64,000 nucleotides of DNA from an uncultured Acidobacteriota bacterium (GCA_963711795.1 CAVQFD010000007.1:38085-102084); one strand, 5' to 3'; shown: positions 1 through 11,957, counted from the stretch's first letter. The notes: generated by a model not told the origin, from the letters alone. Made by a program: numbers and translations.

Positions 1-1
1 G

Positions 2-628
2 CGCGAGCATGCGACCACACCAGCTCATGAGGGGGTTCGTAGCGCCGGAGATGGCGTCACCGTTTTCCGCGCGCTCGCTTCGCGAGTCGTCTGGATCCTG
101 ATTGCCGTCGTCTTCGGCAGCACGCTCGCGCTGACCGGCGTCGTCGTGCATCTGCCGGCGTTGCTCACCGACCGCGGGCTTCCCGCCAGCCGGGCGGCGA
201 TTGTCCTTTCGGTCCTGGGCGGAGCCAGCCTGGCGGGACGGCTCGTGACCGGGTGGTGCCTGAATCGGTTCGCGGCGCCACGGGTCGCATGCGCGTTGCT
301 GGCGCTTGCCGCTTTCGGCACGTTCTCGCTGATCGGTGTCACGTCGTTTTCTGCGGCGGCGGTCGCCGCGGCGCTCATCGGCCTCGGGACCGGTGGAGAG
401 TTCGACATGGTGCCACATCTGCTCTCACGGCATTTCGGTCTCCGCTCTCTGTCGACGTTGTATGGATTCGCCTGGGGCGCGGCCGGTGCAGCCGGCCCTG
501 TGGTCATGGGTCGTGCATTCGACGCAACTGGCTCCTAAAACACTGTCCTGCTGGTTCTGGCGATCGTGTCGCTGGGCGTCGCCCTGCTCATTCTCCTCGT
601 GCCCGCCCCAACCGACTCGCGCGTATAG
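2..628 (+). CDS. MFS transporter, C-terminal part (5' truncated by window; in-frame TAA at 536-538)
   Basis: Open frame from base 2 with hydrophobic helices, GRLVTGWCL loop, GPVVMGRAFDATGS*NTVLLVLAIVSLGVALLILLV; the last helix continues in frame after TAA to TAG 626-628. Confidence 0.75.
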
Positions 629-753
629 GGAAGCACTCGATGGCTGCGAAGGAAATTGTCCGCGCTATTCCGTGAAAGCGTCACCGCATTTGGCGCCTGC
701 AATCGCGTACGATTGAAAAGATTTTTGGGGACTGGCTGCCGCCAGGAGGGCCC

Positions 754-2712
754 ATGGCGTTCGCTCCCGCGCCCCTGCCGCAACGCGCCTCCGCTGACGC
801 ATCACAAAAGCCCGCCCGCCCTCATGAGCCAGGCGACGCATCCGGCCCCCCCGTCCGCGATCGCCGCCGGCAATCGCAGGTGCGCGCCGCAGAAACCCGC
901 CTGCTGTACGAGAACGCCAACACCGGGACCGCTGTCACGGTCATCATCGCAACCGTTCTCGCGTACGCGCAATGGGACGTGATCCCTCGCGCGATCGTTG
1001 TGGCCTGGCTGCTGTTCGTGCTGCTGGTTGCCGCGGCGCGATGGGTGCTCGTGCGGCTCTACTGGCGCGCGTCGCCCGGCGACGTCGAGCACGGGCGATG
1101 GAACTCGGCGTTCGTGATCGGGACCGGACTGGCCGCAGCCGGGTGGGGGGCTGGCGCGATCGTGCTCTACCCGGCCGGCCAATCCACGAACGAGATCCTG
1201 GTGGTCTTCGCCGTCGGCGGTCTCATGCTCGGTGCGGCTTCGCTGCTCGCCGCGCGCCCTGAGGCGTTTCTCACCTTTCTTCTCCCGACTGGACTGATCA
1301 CCTCCACACGGCTCGCCCTCGAGGGCGATCAGGGCCACATCATCATGGGGTTCCTGGCCCTGCTGTTCACGGTGGCGACGGTCGTGACGACCTGGCGATT
1401 CCACTTCGCGGTGGAATCCTCGTTCAAGTTGCGATTCGACAACCAGGATTTGATCGAGAGCCTCCAGACCGCCAAGAACGAGGCGGAAGCGCTGAACCGG
1501 GACCTGGAGCTGAGGGTCCGGGATCGCACGTCGAAACTGACCGACGCCGATCAACGCAAGGACGAGTTCCTCGCGACGCTCGCGCACGAGCTCAGGAACC
1601 CGCTGGCACCCATACGGTTTGCGCTGCAGACGCTCAAGGCCCAGACCCCGCCGGCCACTGCCGCACATGCCCGTGACGTGATCGAGCGTCAGGTGGGGCA
1701 GCTCGTGCGCCTCGTCGATGACCTCCTGGATGTGTCGCGGATCACCACGAACAGAATCCAGTTGCGCCTCGAACCCCTCGACCTCGCCCGCCTCATGGCG
1801 ACAGCCACCGAATCCGTCACGCCGCTTGCTTCGGCGGCCGGCCAGACACTTGACGCACCGCCGCCTTCGAGTCCGATTCTCGTCAGTGGCGATGGGGCGC
1901 GGCTGGTGCAGGTCTTCGCCAATGTCCTGCACAACGCCGTGAAGTTCACGCCTCGTGGAGGACACATCTGGTTCACCGCCGACCAGCAGTCCGGTGAGGC
2001 CGTGGTGCGCATCCGTGACACGGGCGTTGGAATCGCCTCGGACGCCCTCCCACGGGTATTCGACATGTTCCACCAGGCGGAACCGGTGCTCGAGCGCACG
2101 ACCGGTGGGCTGGGCATCGGGCTGACGCTGGCGCGTCGGTTGGTGGAAATGCACGAAGGGCGGATCGACATCCGAAGTCCCGGGCCGGGGCAGGGCGCCG
2201 AGGTGGAAATTCGTCTGCCGATCGCGTTGGCACCGGCCGCCGCGGCGCCGGCCGAACGGCCGCCGGCCGCCGCGGGCTGTGTTCTCAAGGTGTTGATCGT
2301 CGAAGACAATGTGGACGCTGCGGACATGATGGAGGTCGCCGTCTCGCGTCTCGGCCACGAGACGCGGCTGGCCCACGATGGCGCAAGCGCACTGACGGCA
2401 GCCAGCGGCTTCGCGCCTGACGTGATCTTCCTGGACATCGGGCTCCCGGTGATGAACGGCTATGCCGTTGCCCGCGCGTTGCGCGGCAAGCCGGAGTTTG
2501 ATGCCGTGCACATCGCCGCCTTGACCGGCTGGGGGCAGGACGAGGATCGCCGCAAGGCGCGTGACGCGGGGTGCGATAGCCACCTCACCAAGCCCCTCGC
2601 TCCGGCGATGCTTGAAGAGCTGCTGGCGACGGTCGCCCAGCGCACCCTGGAGCGGCGCAGTGAAGGCGACACGCCGCGAACGCGCCGCACCGATTCGGGC
2701 CCCTCCCTCTGA
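754..2712 (+). CDS. Membrane-bound hybrid sensor histidine kinase/response regulator
   Basis: Several N-terminal TM helices, H-box FLATLAHELRNPL, N-box NVLHNAVKFT, G-boxes DTGVGI and GLGIGL, C-terminal REC (VEDN, LDIGLP, KP); true start uncertain. Confidence 0.92.
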   Translation: MAFAPAPLPQRASADASQKPARPHEPGDASGPPVRDRRRQSQVRAAETRLLYENANTGTAVTVIIATVLAYAQWDVIPRAIVVAWLLFVLLVAAARWVLVRLYWRASPGDVEHGRWNSAFVIGTGLAAAGWGAGAIVLYPAGQSTNEILVVFAVGGLMLGAASLLAARPEAFLTFLLPTGLITSTRLALEGDQGHIIMGFLALLFTVATVVTTWRFHFAVESSFKLRFDNQDLIESLQTAKNEAEALNRDLELRVRDRTSKLTDADQRKDEFLATLAHELRNPLAPIRFALQTLKAQTPPATAAHARDVIERQVGQLVRLVDDLLDVSRITTNRIQLRLEPLDLARLMATATESVTPLASAAGQTLDAPPPSSPILVSGDGARLVQVFANVLHNAVKFTPRGGHIWFTADQQSGEAVVRIRDTGVGIASDALPRVFDMFHQAEPVLERTTGGLGIGLTLARRLVEMHEGRIDIRSPGPGQGAEVEIRLPIALAPAAAAPAERPPAAAGCVLKVLIVEDNVDAADMMEVAVSRLGHETRLAHDGASALTAASGFAPDVIFLDIGLPVMNGYAVARALRGKPEFDAVHIAALTGWGQDEDRRKARDAGCDSHLTKPLAPAMLEELLATVAQRTLERRSEGDTPRTRRTDSGPSL

Positions 2713-2757
2713 ACGAGGCAGCCGAACACACGAAACCGCCAAGGACTGACTCTCGCT

Positions 2758-2810
2758 CCAAGGACCAGGGACCGGGACGAACCAAGGACCAAGAACCAAG
2801 CCCCAAGGAC
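2758..2810. repeat. Degenerate heptamer tandem array, CCAAGGA type
   Basis: CCAAGGA CCAGGGA CCGGGAC GAA CCAAGGA CCAAGAA CCAAGCC CCAAGGA C, intergenic. Confidence 0.75.
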
Positions 2811-2817
2811 GACAGCG

Positions 2818-2848
2818 GCTTTTCACGCAATACACAAAGGTGAAAAGC
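2818..2848. promoter_or_regulatory. Perfect 9-bp inverted repeat (operator or hairpin)
   Basis: GCTTTTCAC-N13-GTGAAAAGC, about 50 nt upstream of ATG 2899. Confidence 0.45.
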
Positions 2849-2898
2849 GTTCTAGGATCCGCCCGCGCCCCGATTGGCGCACCACCAGCGGAGGCACA

Positions 2899-3291
2899 AT
2901 GTCGGCACTCGAGACCATCAAAGCGGGGTACGCCGCGTTCGGCAGAAACGATCCCTCGGTCCTGTTCGGGGCCATGGATCCAGCGATCAACTGGAACGAA
3001 GCGGAGGGCTACCCGCTGGCGGACGGTAACCCGTACGTCGGCCCTCAGGCCATAGGTGAGGGTGTGTTCGGGCGGCTGCTCGCGGCGATCGACAACTTCA
3101 CCGCGGTGCCCCACACGTTCATCGATGGGGGGGACCACATCGTGACGCTCGGGCGCTATGGCGGCAGGATGAAGGCCGGCGGCGCCACGCTCGACGCGCC
3201 GTTCTGCCACGTGTTCCGCTTCCGCGATGGCAAGGCAGTGATGTTCCAGCAGTACACGGATACAGCGCAGTGGGCGCGGCTGATGAAATAG
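2899..3291 (+). CDS. NTF2/SnoaL-like domain protein
   Basis: 130 aa, YAAFGRND, W-EAEG, HVFRFRDGK, FQQYTDT; GGAGG RBS. Confidence 0.88.
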   Translation: MSALETIKAGYAAFGRNDPSVLFGAMDPAINWNEAEGYPLADGNPYVGPQAIGEGVFGRLLAAIDNFTAVPHTFIDGGDHIVTLGRYGGRMKAGGATLDAPFCHVFRFRDGKAVMFQQYTDTAQWARLMK

Positions 3292-3834
3292 AAGTCTCGC
3301 GCCTCTCGGCCACTATCTGTGGATGAGCTTACGGGCCTAAGCCTGCTCAACGGAACGCTCTCGGGACAGCCGATCGAGAGTCTCGGCCTGGACTTTCCGA
3401 TGCACACGAACTACATGCACGTGCAGGGCTATATCTTGTTCGCCTTTGTGGCTGCGTCCCTGAGTTCCCCACACAACCCGATCGCCGTCCGCGTGCGGTC
3501 CATGGCGGTCCAGCCCAGGTTGGACGCCGCTCTGTCGAGGATTGCCTCGCTGACGTTCGGCGCTTACGTCTTTCATGGCCCGTCATGGCGGTCCTGACGA
3601 CGCCCGTCGACCCCTTCAGGCAACTCGGGACCCGTCCTGTTCGTTTCCTGGTCGTGGTGGTCGGGGCGTTCCTGCTGGCCGACGCCGCTCTCTCGGCACG
3701 ACGAGCGATGGAAGTCGGCACCCAGCGTGTGTTGAAGCGCCTCGCCTGACCGCCGCCTGGCCCCGGCGAAGATCCGAGTCCCCGTGGATTGCGAGCAGCC
3801 TCGCCATCCTTTGGCGCCGCGTCATAATAGCGGC

Positions 3835-4140
3835 ATGGCCAGCCTGCCGATAGCCTGCACGCTCAGCCCCAACGCCCTGAAGGCCCGGAAAGCCGACCTC
3901 TTGAATCTGCTGCTCAGCCGCGCCCACGATCGTGCGGAGCTGCCAGACGGCTACCAGTTTCGATTTGCGGCGGAAGGCAACATCCTTTCAGAGATCGCAC
4001 GGATGGTTGATGCCGAGCGTCAGTGCTGCCGGTTTCTTCGCTTTGCCGTCACGGTCGAGCCCGACGATGGAGGGGTGACGCTTGCCCTGACCGGCCCGGC
4101 TGGCACGAGAGAGTTTCTGGCTGCGATGTTTGCCTCATGA
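3835..4140 (+). CDS. Small hypothetical protein with PIACTL and ERQCCRF motifs
   Basis: ATG 3835; stop overlaps next start (ATGA); Cys motifs. Confidence 0.75.
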   Translation: MASLPIACTLSPNALKARKADLLNLLLSRAHDRAELPDGYQFRFAAEGNILSEIARMVDAERQCCRFLRFAVTVEPDDGGVTLALTGPAGTREFLAAMFAS

Positions 4141-4469
4141 GTGCCAATGTCCTCGTGTTCGCGACCGCCGCTTTTCTCGAGATAGCGGGCTGTTTTGCGT
4201 TCTGGGCATGGCTTCGCCGCGGCGCGTCGCCATTCATCGCGCTCGTCGGAGTCGGAAGCCTCGTCGGCTTTGCCGTCGTGTTGACGCGGGCTGACGCGGT
4301 GTTTGCCGGCCGGGCCTATGCCGCCTACGGCGGGATCTATATCGCGGCGTCGCTGCTCTGGTTGTGGCTTGCAGAGGGTCAACGGCCGAGCACGACGGAC
4401 CTGGTGGGAGCCGCCGTAGCTGTCGCCGGCGCCCTCATCATTATCGGAATGGCCCCCAAGGCCGGCTGA
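4137..4469 (+). CDS. ynfA: YnfA/UPF0060 family small membrane protein
   Basis: [29 protein letters not shown], four TM helices. Confidence 0.9.
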   Translation: MSANVLVFATAAFLEIAGCFAFWAWLRRGASPFIALVGVGSLVGFAVVLTRADAVFAGRAYAAYGGIYIAASLLWLWLAEGQRPSTTDLVGAAVAVAGALIIIGMAPKAG

Positions 4470-4482
4470 TAACCGCTCGGCG

Positions 4483-4551
4483 CCCCGATCTCCGATCCCC
4501 GATCCCCGATTTACGATTTGCGATCTCAGATTTCCGATCCCGTTCCCCGTT
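4483..4551. repeat. Degenerate heptamer tandem array, CCCCGAT type
   Basis: CCCCGAT CTCCGAT CCCCGAT CCCCGAT TTACGAT TTGCGAT CTCAGAT TTCCGAT then CCCGTT CCCCGTT. Confidence 0.8.
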
Positions 4552-4611
4552 CCCGCCGTTCTCTGTTCCCTGTCATTGACCCTCCCATGCCTGTCCACGT
4601 AATATCTGTTC

Positions 4612-4967
4612 ATGTCAGGTATCAATACCCGCGCGCTCGACCGCGAGCTGAAGCGCGGCTCGGCCGAGCTGCTAATCCTCTCGCTGCTCGATGCGCGGCC
4701 GCGCCATGGCTACGACCTGAGCAAGCTGATTCACGCCCGATCCGGCGGGCAGCTCACGTTCCACATCGATTCGCTCTATCCGCTTGCTGTATCGCCTCGA
4801 GGAACGCGGGTGGATCAAAGGGCACGTGGGTCGAAAAACCGGACGAGCGCCGGCGGCGGTTCTACAAGGTCACGCCAGAGGGGCGCCGCGTGCTCGCTCA
4901 ACAGCGCAAGACGTGGTCGGCGTTCGTGGAGGCCGTGCGTCTCGTAACGGGAGACGAACGTGCCTGA
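4612..4967 (+). CDS. PadR family transcriptional regulator (frameshifted in this sequence)
   Basis: ELKRGSAELLILSLL, HGYDL, SLYP / LYRLEERGWI / RRRRFYKVTPEGR across three frames. Confidence 0.88.
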
Positions 4968-7688
4968 TCCATCGAGTCCGCAAACGAGACAGCGCTGAGA
5001 GAACGCTGGGCAGCGAGGTCCGGGCGCGGCTCTCGTGGCTGCGCCTCTCGCCGACCCGGGAGGCCGAGATCGTCGACGAGCTCTCGCAGCATCTGGACGA
5101 CCGCTACCAGGAGCTGATCGCCGGAGGCGCCACCCGGACGAGGCGACGCGCCTGGCGCTCGCCGACTTCCAGAGCGGCGACGCCTCGTGCAGCAGATGGC
5201 GCCGCTGCGGCAGGCGCACGCGCCTGCCGCCGGTCACGCCGGGGGCATCAACCGGGCACTGGCTGAGCGATCTCTGGCAGGACCTGCGCTACGCCGCGCG
5301 CATCTTCTGGAAGCAGCCCGCCTTCGCGGCCGCGAGCCGTCCTGACGCTGGCGCTGGGGATCGGCGCGACCACCGCGATCTTCAGCGTGGTCTACGGCGT
5401 GCTGCTGAAGCCGCTGCCGTTTCGACGAGCCCGACCGGCTGGTCAGCCTGCGCCAACACGCGCCGCACGGGGCAGGGACGAATCAGGGCCCCGCCACCTA
5501 CCTCACCTATCGCGAGAACCAGCGGGCGTTCGAGGCAATCGGCGCCTGGGATCCCACCGAGGTGTCCGATTACCGGAGGCGGCGATCCGGAGCGCGTTCA
5601 GGCGCTGTTGGTCAGCGCCGACACGCTGCCGCTGTTGCGGGTGCAACCCATCGTCGGCCGGGTCTTCAGTGCTGACGACGATGCGCCAGGCAGTCCGCTG
5701 CGGGTCGTGCTGACCCATGGCTACTGGCAGCGCCGGTTCGGCGGCGGCTGAGAGCGTCATCGGCCAGTCACTCGTGATCGATGGCAGGCCTGGCGAAGTG
5801 ATCGGCGTGCTGCCGGCGTCGTTCGAGTTTCTCCGCACCCGTCCGGGCGTGGTGCTGCCACTGCCGCTGGACGTGAACGCGCCGCGCGGCATCAGCTTCG
5901 GCTTTCAGGCGCTGGCGCGGCTGAAGCCGGGCGTGACACTGGCCCAGGCCAACGCCGAGGTGGCGCGCCTGATCGCGCTTCTGCCGCCGGCATTTGCACG
6001 ATTGGAGCTGCGGCCCGACGTGCGGCCGCTGGCCGACGAAGTGATCGGCAACGTCGGCGAGATCCTGTGGATTCTCCTCGCGGCCGTCGGCGTCGTGCTG
6101 CTGATCGCCTGCGGCAACGTGGCCAACCTGTTCCTCGTGCGCGCGGAAGGACGTCAGCAGGAATTCGCGATGCGCGCGGCGCTGGGCGCGAGTCGCGGCC
6201 GGATCGCGCGCGCCCTGCTGTCCGAGAGCGTGGTGCTGGCGCTCGCGGGCGGCGCGGTCGGCGTGGCGGTGGCGCAGGCCGCCACCGGCGCTGCTGCGGA
6301 CGATCGCGCCGGCGGAGCTGCCGCGCGTCGACGACATCGGCATCGACGCGACGGTCCTGTTGTTCACGCTGCTCGGTTTCGCTGCTGAGCGGCGCGCTGT
6401 TCGGGCTGTTTGCCGTCCTGCGATTCGGGAACCCGAGCATCATGGCGCTCAAGGAGGGCGGCCGATCGGCGAGCGACGCGCCCGGCGCGGCGCCGCACCC
6501 GCAAGGCGCTGGTCGTCGGCACAGGTCGCGCTGGCGCTGACGCTGCTGATCGTCTCGGGGCTGATGATTCGCACGTTCATCGCGATGCGGCAGGTCGATC
6601 CCGGGGTTCACCGGTCCCGAGGAAGTGCAGACGTTCGTCATCGCGATTCCGCCGGGCCTCGATCAGCGATGCGGAGCAGGCGGCGCGAACGCACCAGCGC
6701 GTCGCGGAGCGGCTGGCGCAGGTGCCCGGCGTCGCTCCGTCGGTCTCTCGTCGTCCATCACGATGGACGGCGAGGACAACGGCAACTCCCTCGAGGTCGA
6801 AGGATGTCCCGGACCGGAAGGCGACGCTGCCGCCGCTGCGCCGCTTCAAGAGCGTCGCGCCTGGCTACTTCGAAACGATGGGCAACCATCTGGTGGCGGG
6901 ACGCTCGATCACCTGGAGCGAGATCTTCGAGCGGCGGCCGGTCATGGTCATCTCCGAGGCCCTCGCGCGCGAGTACTGGAGAGAGCCCGCGGAGGCGATC
7001 GGCAAGCGCGTCCGCTGCTGCAGCCGCGGATGCCGTGGCGCGAGATCGTCGGCGTCGTCGGCGACGAGCGCGACGATGGGCTGAACAGCCCGCCGACCGC
7101 GATCGTGTACTGGCCGATGCTGAACGAGAGCTACCGGTGGCGCACGATGGCCTACGCGGTGCGGTCGACGCGAGTCGGCACGCCGGGTTTCCTGCGCGAG
7201 CTCGAGCAGGCGGTGTGGTCGGTCGATGGCAATCTGCCGCTGGCCGACGCGCAGACGCTGCAGGAGATTCAGGCGCGCTCGATGGCGCAGACCTCCTTTG
7301 CGCTGGTGATGCTCGGCATTGCCGCGGGCGTCGCGCTGCTCATCGGCGTGGTCGGGATCTACGGCGTGATCGCCTACGCCGCCGCCCAGCGGACGCGCGA
7401 GATCGGCGTCCGCATGGCGCTGGGCGCACAGGCTGGAGACGTGCGGAGGATGTTCCTCCGGCACGGGCTTGCGCTGGCGGCCGACCGGCATCGCCCTCGG
7501 CGTCGGTGTCGCGGTCGTGCTCACGCGGGTGATGTCGGCGTTCCTGTTCGGCGTCGGCCCGCTGGATCCGGTGACCTACGCGCTGGTGTCAGGCCGTCCT
7601 GGCCGCGGTCGCGCTGCTGGCGACCTACTTCCCGGCGCGCCGGGCGTCGCGCGTCGATCCCAGCATCGCGTTGAGAGTGGACGTCTAA
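4960..7688 (+). CDS. ADOP-type duplicated ABC permease (MacB/FtsX domains), multiple frameshifts
   Basis: Prefix [59 protein letters not shown] in shifting frames; follows PadR. Confidence 0.88.
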
Positions 7689-7689
7689 G

Positions 7690-7746
7690 GTCCTTGGGAC
7701 TTGGTCCTTGGGCCTTAGGCGGGCCTTAGTCCTTGGTTCTTGGTTC
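7690..7746. repeat. Degenerate heptamer array TCCTTGG (reverse complement of CCAAGGA)
   Basis: TCCTTGG GACTTGG TCCTTGG GCCTTAG GCGG GCCTTAG TCCTTGG TTCTTTGG between convergent genes. Confidence 0.8.
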
Positions 7747-7750
7747 GTGG

Positions 7751-8858
7751 TCAGCAGTCGAGATGCCGTCCGAGGCGCTGGCCTGTCCTTCCGTCGAAGA
7801 GATACAGACGGTCGCGGTGCAGACCAAGGCCGACCTGATCGTCAACGGCGACCGGCGTGTCCGCAGGCACCACGACGCGGACGAGCTCGGCCGTCAGGCC
7901 ATCGACTCGCACGTGAATCAGCGTCGCCGTTCCGAGCGGCTCGACTACTTCGATGGCACCGCGTGCGTCGCCCCGATCCGGCTGGGTGAGGACGACGTCG
8001 TGCGGCCGGATGCCGACGGTGATCGCTGCGCTGTCGAGGGCCGTGACGTCGTGCGGGCCGAATGCGATCGAGAAAGCCGAGCAGGTTGCCCGGGCGCGAT
8101 CGTAGGCAACCGACCAGCTGCACGGCCACAGGTTCATCGCCGGCGATCCCACGAATCCGGCCACGAACGTATTCGCCGGCTGCCGGAAGATTTCGAGCGG
8201 CGCGCCGATCTGCTCGAGGCGGCCGTCGCGCATCACCGCGATGCGGGTCCCGAGCGTCATCGCCTCCTCCTGATCATGCGTGACGTACACCATCGTCGTC
8301 GCCAGCCGCCGGTGCAGCAGCGCCAGCTCGGCGCGCATGGTCGACGCGCAGCAGCGGGTCGAGGTTCGACAGCGGCTCGTCGAGCAGGAACGCCTGCGGC
8401 TCGCGCACGATGGCGCGGCCGAGCGCCACGCGCTGACGCTGGCCGCCGGACAGCTGCGCCGGCTTGCGATCGAGCAGCGCTTCGATGCCGAGCAGCGTCG
8501 CGACGGTCGCCGACCCGCTCGTCGATCGCGTGCCGGCGTCCACGCGCCGGACCCGCAGGCCGAACGCCAGGTTCTCGCGGACGCTCTTGTGCGGATAGAG
8601 CGCGTAGCTCTGGAACACCATCGCGAGATCGCGGTCGCTGCGGCGCCACGCCGGTCACATCGCCGCCACCGATCCGGATCCGCCCGGCCGTCGGCGCCTC
8701 GAGCCCGGCGATCAGGCGCAGCACCGTGCTCTTGCCGCTGCCCGACGGCCCGACGAGACGAGCAGCTCGCCGTCGGCGATCTCGAGCGTGAGATCGCGCA
8801 CGGCATGGTGGCCATTCGGATAGACCTTGCTGACCTGGTCCAGCGTAATGGCAGCCAT
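7751..8858 (-). CDS. Sugar ABC transporter ATP-binding protein (MalK/UgpC-like), frameshifted
   Basis: [61 protein letters not shown]. Confidence 0.9.
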
Positions 8859-8859
8859 G

Positions 8860-9689
8860 TCAGCCCTTCACCGCGCCGGAGGTGAGCCCGGCGACGATAC
8901 GCCGCTGCGCCAGCAGCACGACAGCAGCGACCGGCACGCGTGGCCACGACGGCCGCGGCGAGGATCTCGCCCCACGGCACCTGATACTGGCCGCGGAAAA
9001 GCGCGATCGCCACCGGAACGGTGTAGCGTTCCGGCCCGAGCGTGAACGACAGCGCGAACAGGAACTCGTTCCAGCTGTAGAGAAACGTCAGGATCGCGGT
9101 CGTCGCCAGCCCGGGCCACGACAGCGGCAGAACGATCTCGCGCCAGCGCGCGCAGCCGGCCGGCGCCGTCCATGAACGCCGCTTCTTCGAGCTCCGCGCG
9201 GCAGCTGGCGGAAGAACCCGACGAGCAGCCAGATCGTGAGCGGCATCGCGAACGTCAGATACGGCAGCACCAGGCCGGGGTAGGTGTTGAGCAGGCCCAG
9301 CGCGCGCAGCAGCAGGTACAGCGGCGACACGATCGCGATCTGCGGGAACATCGACACCGCGAGGACGAACGCCAGCATCAGCGACTTCCCGCGGAACGGC
9401 AGCCGCGCGAGCGCGTACGCGCACAGCGCGCCGAGCGCCACCGACAGCGAACGTCGTCGCGCCGGCGACGATGAGCGAGTTGCGGATCGGCGTCCAGAAG
9501 TCGCGGTCGCCGAAGAGCGCGCGGTAGTGGTCGAGCACGAGCGCGCGCGGCAGAAGCGACGGCGCGTCCGAAGAGCCGGCTCTCCGGCGTGAGCGACGCG
9601 ACGACCGCCCAGTACAAGAGGAAAGACGATCGCGCGCCAAGCATGACGCCGCGTGACGAGCGCCACCCGTGGCGTGCTCGACGCTTCAT
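8860..9689 (-). CDS. Carbohydrate ABC transporter permease (MalG-like), frameshifted
   Basis: [36 protein letters not shown]. Confidence 0.88.
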
Positions 9690-10605
9690 CGCGATCGCTC
9701 CAGGAACGCGTCGCCGCCCGAGCAGGCGGATCGCTGCGAGCGCGCCGCACGAACGCCACGGCGAAGACGATGACCGACAGCGCCGATCCGTAGCCGAAGC
9801 GCAGGTTCTGCAGCAGCGTGCTGAACGTGTACAGCGCGATCGGCTCGGTGGCCGTGCCCGGTCCGCCGCCGGTCATCACGTAGACGACGTCGAACACGCG
9901 AAAGGCGTCGAGCGCGCGGAAGAGCAGCGCCACCAGCAGCGCCGGCTTCAGCAGCGGCAGCGTGACGTCGGTGAAGCGCTGCCAGGGCCCGGCGCCGTCC
10001 ACTTCGGCCGCCTCGTACAGCGACCGGTCGATGCTCTGCAGGCCCGCGAGCAGCAGCAGCGCGACAAACGGCGTGGTCTTCCACGCGTCGGCGAGGATGA
10101 GCGGGATCCAGGCCGAGGTCGCGTCGGCGAACCACGTGGGCGGCGTCAGTCCCGACCGCTCGAGCAATCGCGCTGGCCAGGCCGGCCGGGCTCTCGAACA
10201 TGAACCGCCAGACGAGCGCCGCGACGACGGTGGGAATCGCCCAGGGCAGCAGGACGGCCGTGCGCACGGCGCCCGCCGACCGCGACTGACGATCGAGCGC
10301 GAGCGCGAGGAGCAGCCCGGCGGCGAGCTCGAGCGAGACGGTAACCGCAGTGAAAGCAGCCGAGTGCGCCAGCGCGCTCCAGAACCGGCGATCGCCAAGC
10401 GCTTCGACGTAGTTGGCCGCGCCGACAAACGGCCGCCCGAGCCACGGCATGCGCAGATCGTGCAGATGGAGCGATTCCCAGACCGTCCAGCCAATCGGGA
10501 GCAGGGCGACGGCCGCGATCGTCGCAATGGCCGGGGATGGCGAGCGCCCACCCGAGACGTGCGCTCGCGCCGCCGCCACGCGGTCACCTGCGTCGTCTTC
10601 GTCAT
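9686..10605 (-). CDS. Carbohydrate ABC transporter permease (MalF-like), frameshifted
   Basis: LLPWAIPTVV, ADAWKTTPFVALLLLAGLQ, LYEAAEVDGA, MTGGGPG. Confidence 0.88.
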
Positions 10606-11862
10606 GCTGGCGCAGCTTCACCTTCGCCAGCAGGGCCCGCATCGCAGCCGCGGCCTCCAGGAGGGCCTCGCGTGGATCCTGCTGCCTGCGTGAGCGCTCG
10701 ATGCGAGCGAGATCTGCAGGATCTCGGAGAGCTGCGTGTAGACCGGTGTCACAGGTCGTGGAACGGCACGCTCGATGATGGCCAGCGCGTCGCCTGCCGG
10801 AATCGACAGTGCGGCCTCCAGTTCGGGCGTGCGATAGAGCGCGGGCCGCGGCGGAAACTGTCCGGCAATTCGCGCGCGCTCAATCATCTGTTCCGGCTGC
10901 AGGAGGTAGTCGACCAGACGATAGGCCGCCTCTGGCTGATCGCTGTACGCATTGATCGCCAGCGACCGATCCTCCCAGCGCGGCCGTCGGAGCCCCTCCG
11001 CGGTTCCTGGCATGGCCGCGATCCCGACGCGCCCGGCCACGGCACGACTGCGACGGCATCCTGGAGCAGCCATAGGCATACGGCCAGTTGCGCATGAACG
11101 TGGCCTGGCCGTTCTGAAAGGCGAAGCGCGTCTGCTCTTCCTGCCACGTGAGCACGGCGGGCGGCACGACGGCCTCGCCGGTGGATGCTGTCGCGCATGA
11201 ACGTCAAGCGCTCTGGTCGCGGCCTCGGAGTCCACGGCCACGCGTCCGCGGTCGTCGAGGATGCTGCCGCCAAACGCGCCCAGGTGCTCGAGAAAGACGG
11301 TCACGAGCCCTTCGTAGCGGGCACCCTGCCAGACGAAACGCAAACGGCGTCCCAGGTTGCCTGCGCGCCAGCCGCCAGCCGCACGAGATCGTCGAGATCG
11401 CGCGGCGGTCCCGGCACCAGATCGGTGCGCCAGTACAGCATGCCGACGTCGACGAACCAGGGCAGCGCGTAGAGCGCGCCTTGCCAGCGGTTCGCCGCCA
11501 GGGCGGCGGGGAAGAAATCGCCTGCCGGCGGATCGAATCGATCGAGGCTGGCGATCCAACCGGCGGCCGCGAACTCAGGCGTCCAGATCGACGTCGAGCT
11601 GCAGCACGTCGGGCTCGCTCGCGTGCGCGTTCAGCCACTGCACGTATAGCTGGTGCCGCTGGTCCGCACCATCCGGTGTCGCACGGATCGCGACGGAGAG
11701 CGGAGCGTTGGCCTGCTGGAACCGCGCGACCTGGCGCCGGATGACGTCGGACTCGAGGCCGACGACGCTGCCGGAAAAGGTGAGCGTGGGCTCTGCGGCA
11801 GGGGCACACGAAGCGGCCGCCGTCAGCAGAGCCGCCAAGATTAATCGGCGTGGGTCCAGCAT
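10602..11862 (-). CDS. Sugar ABC transporter substrate-binding lipoprotein, frameshifted
   Basis: Lipobox LTAAASC, DVLQLDV, FVWQGARYEGL, FMRNWPYAY, PRPVTPVY in several frames. Confidence 0.85.
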
Positions 11863-11957
11863 GCTGCCTGCACATTTACCAGATCCACCGGCCACCCGCC
11901 ATGCCGGTGCTAAGCTCCGCCATACTGCCTCGAGTGAGCGCAGGGGGAGAGGCATCG

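Noticed and set aside
3319-3721. Short ORFs between the SnoaL gene and the Cys-motif gene
   Set aside because: No motif, RBS or consistent frame; at most a degraded fragment
4612-7688. PadR-ADOP permease pair as a novel system
   Set aside because: Well-known expanded Acidobacterial pairing
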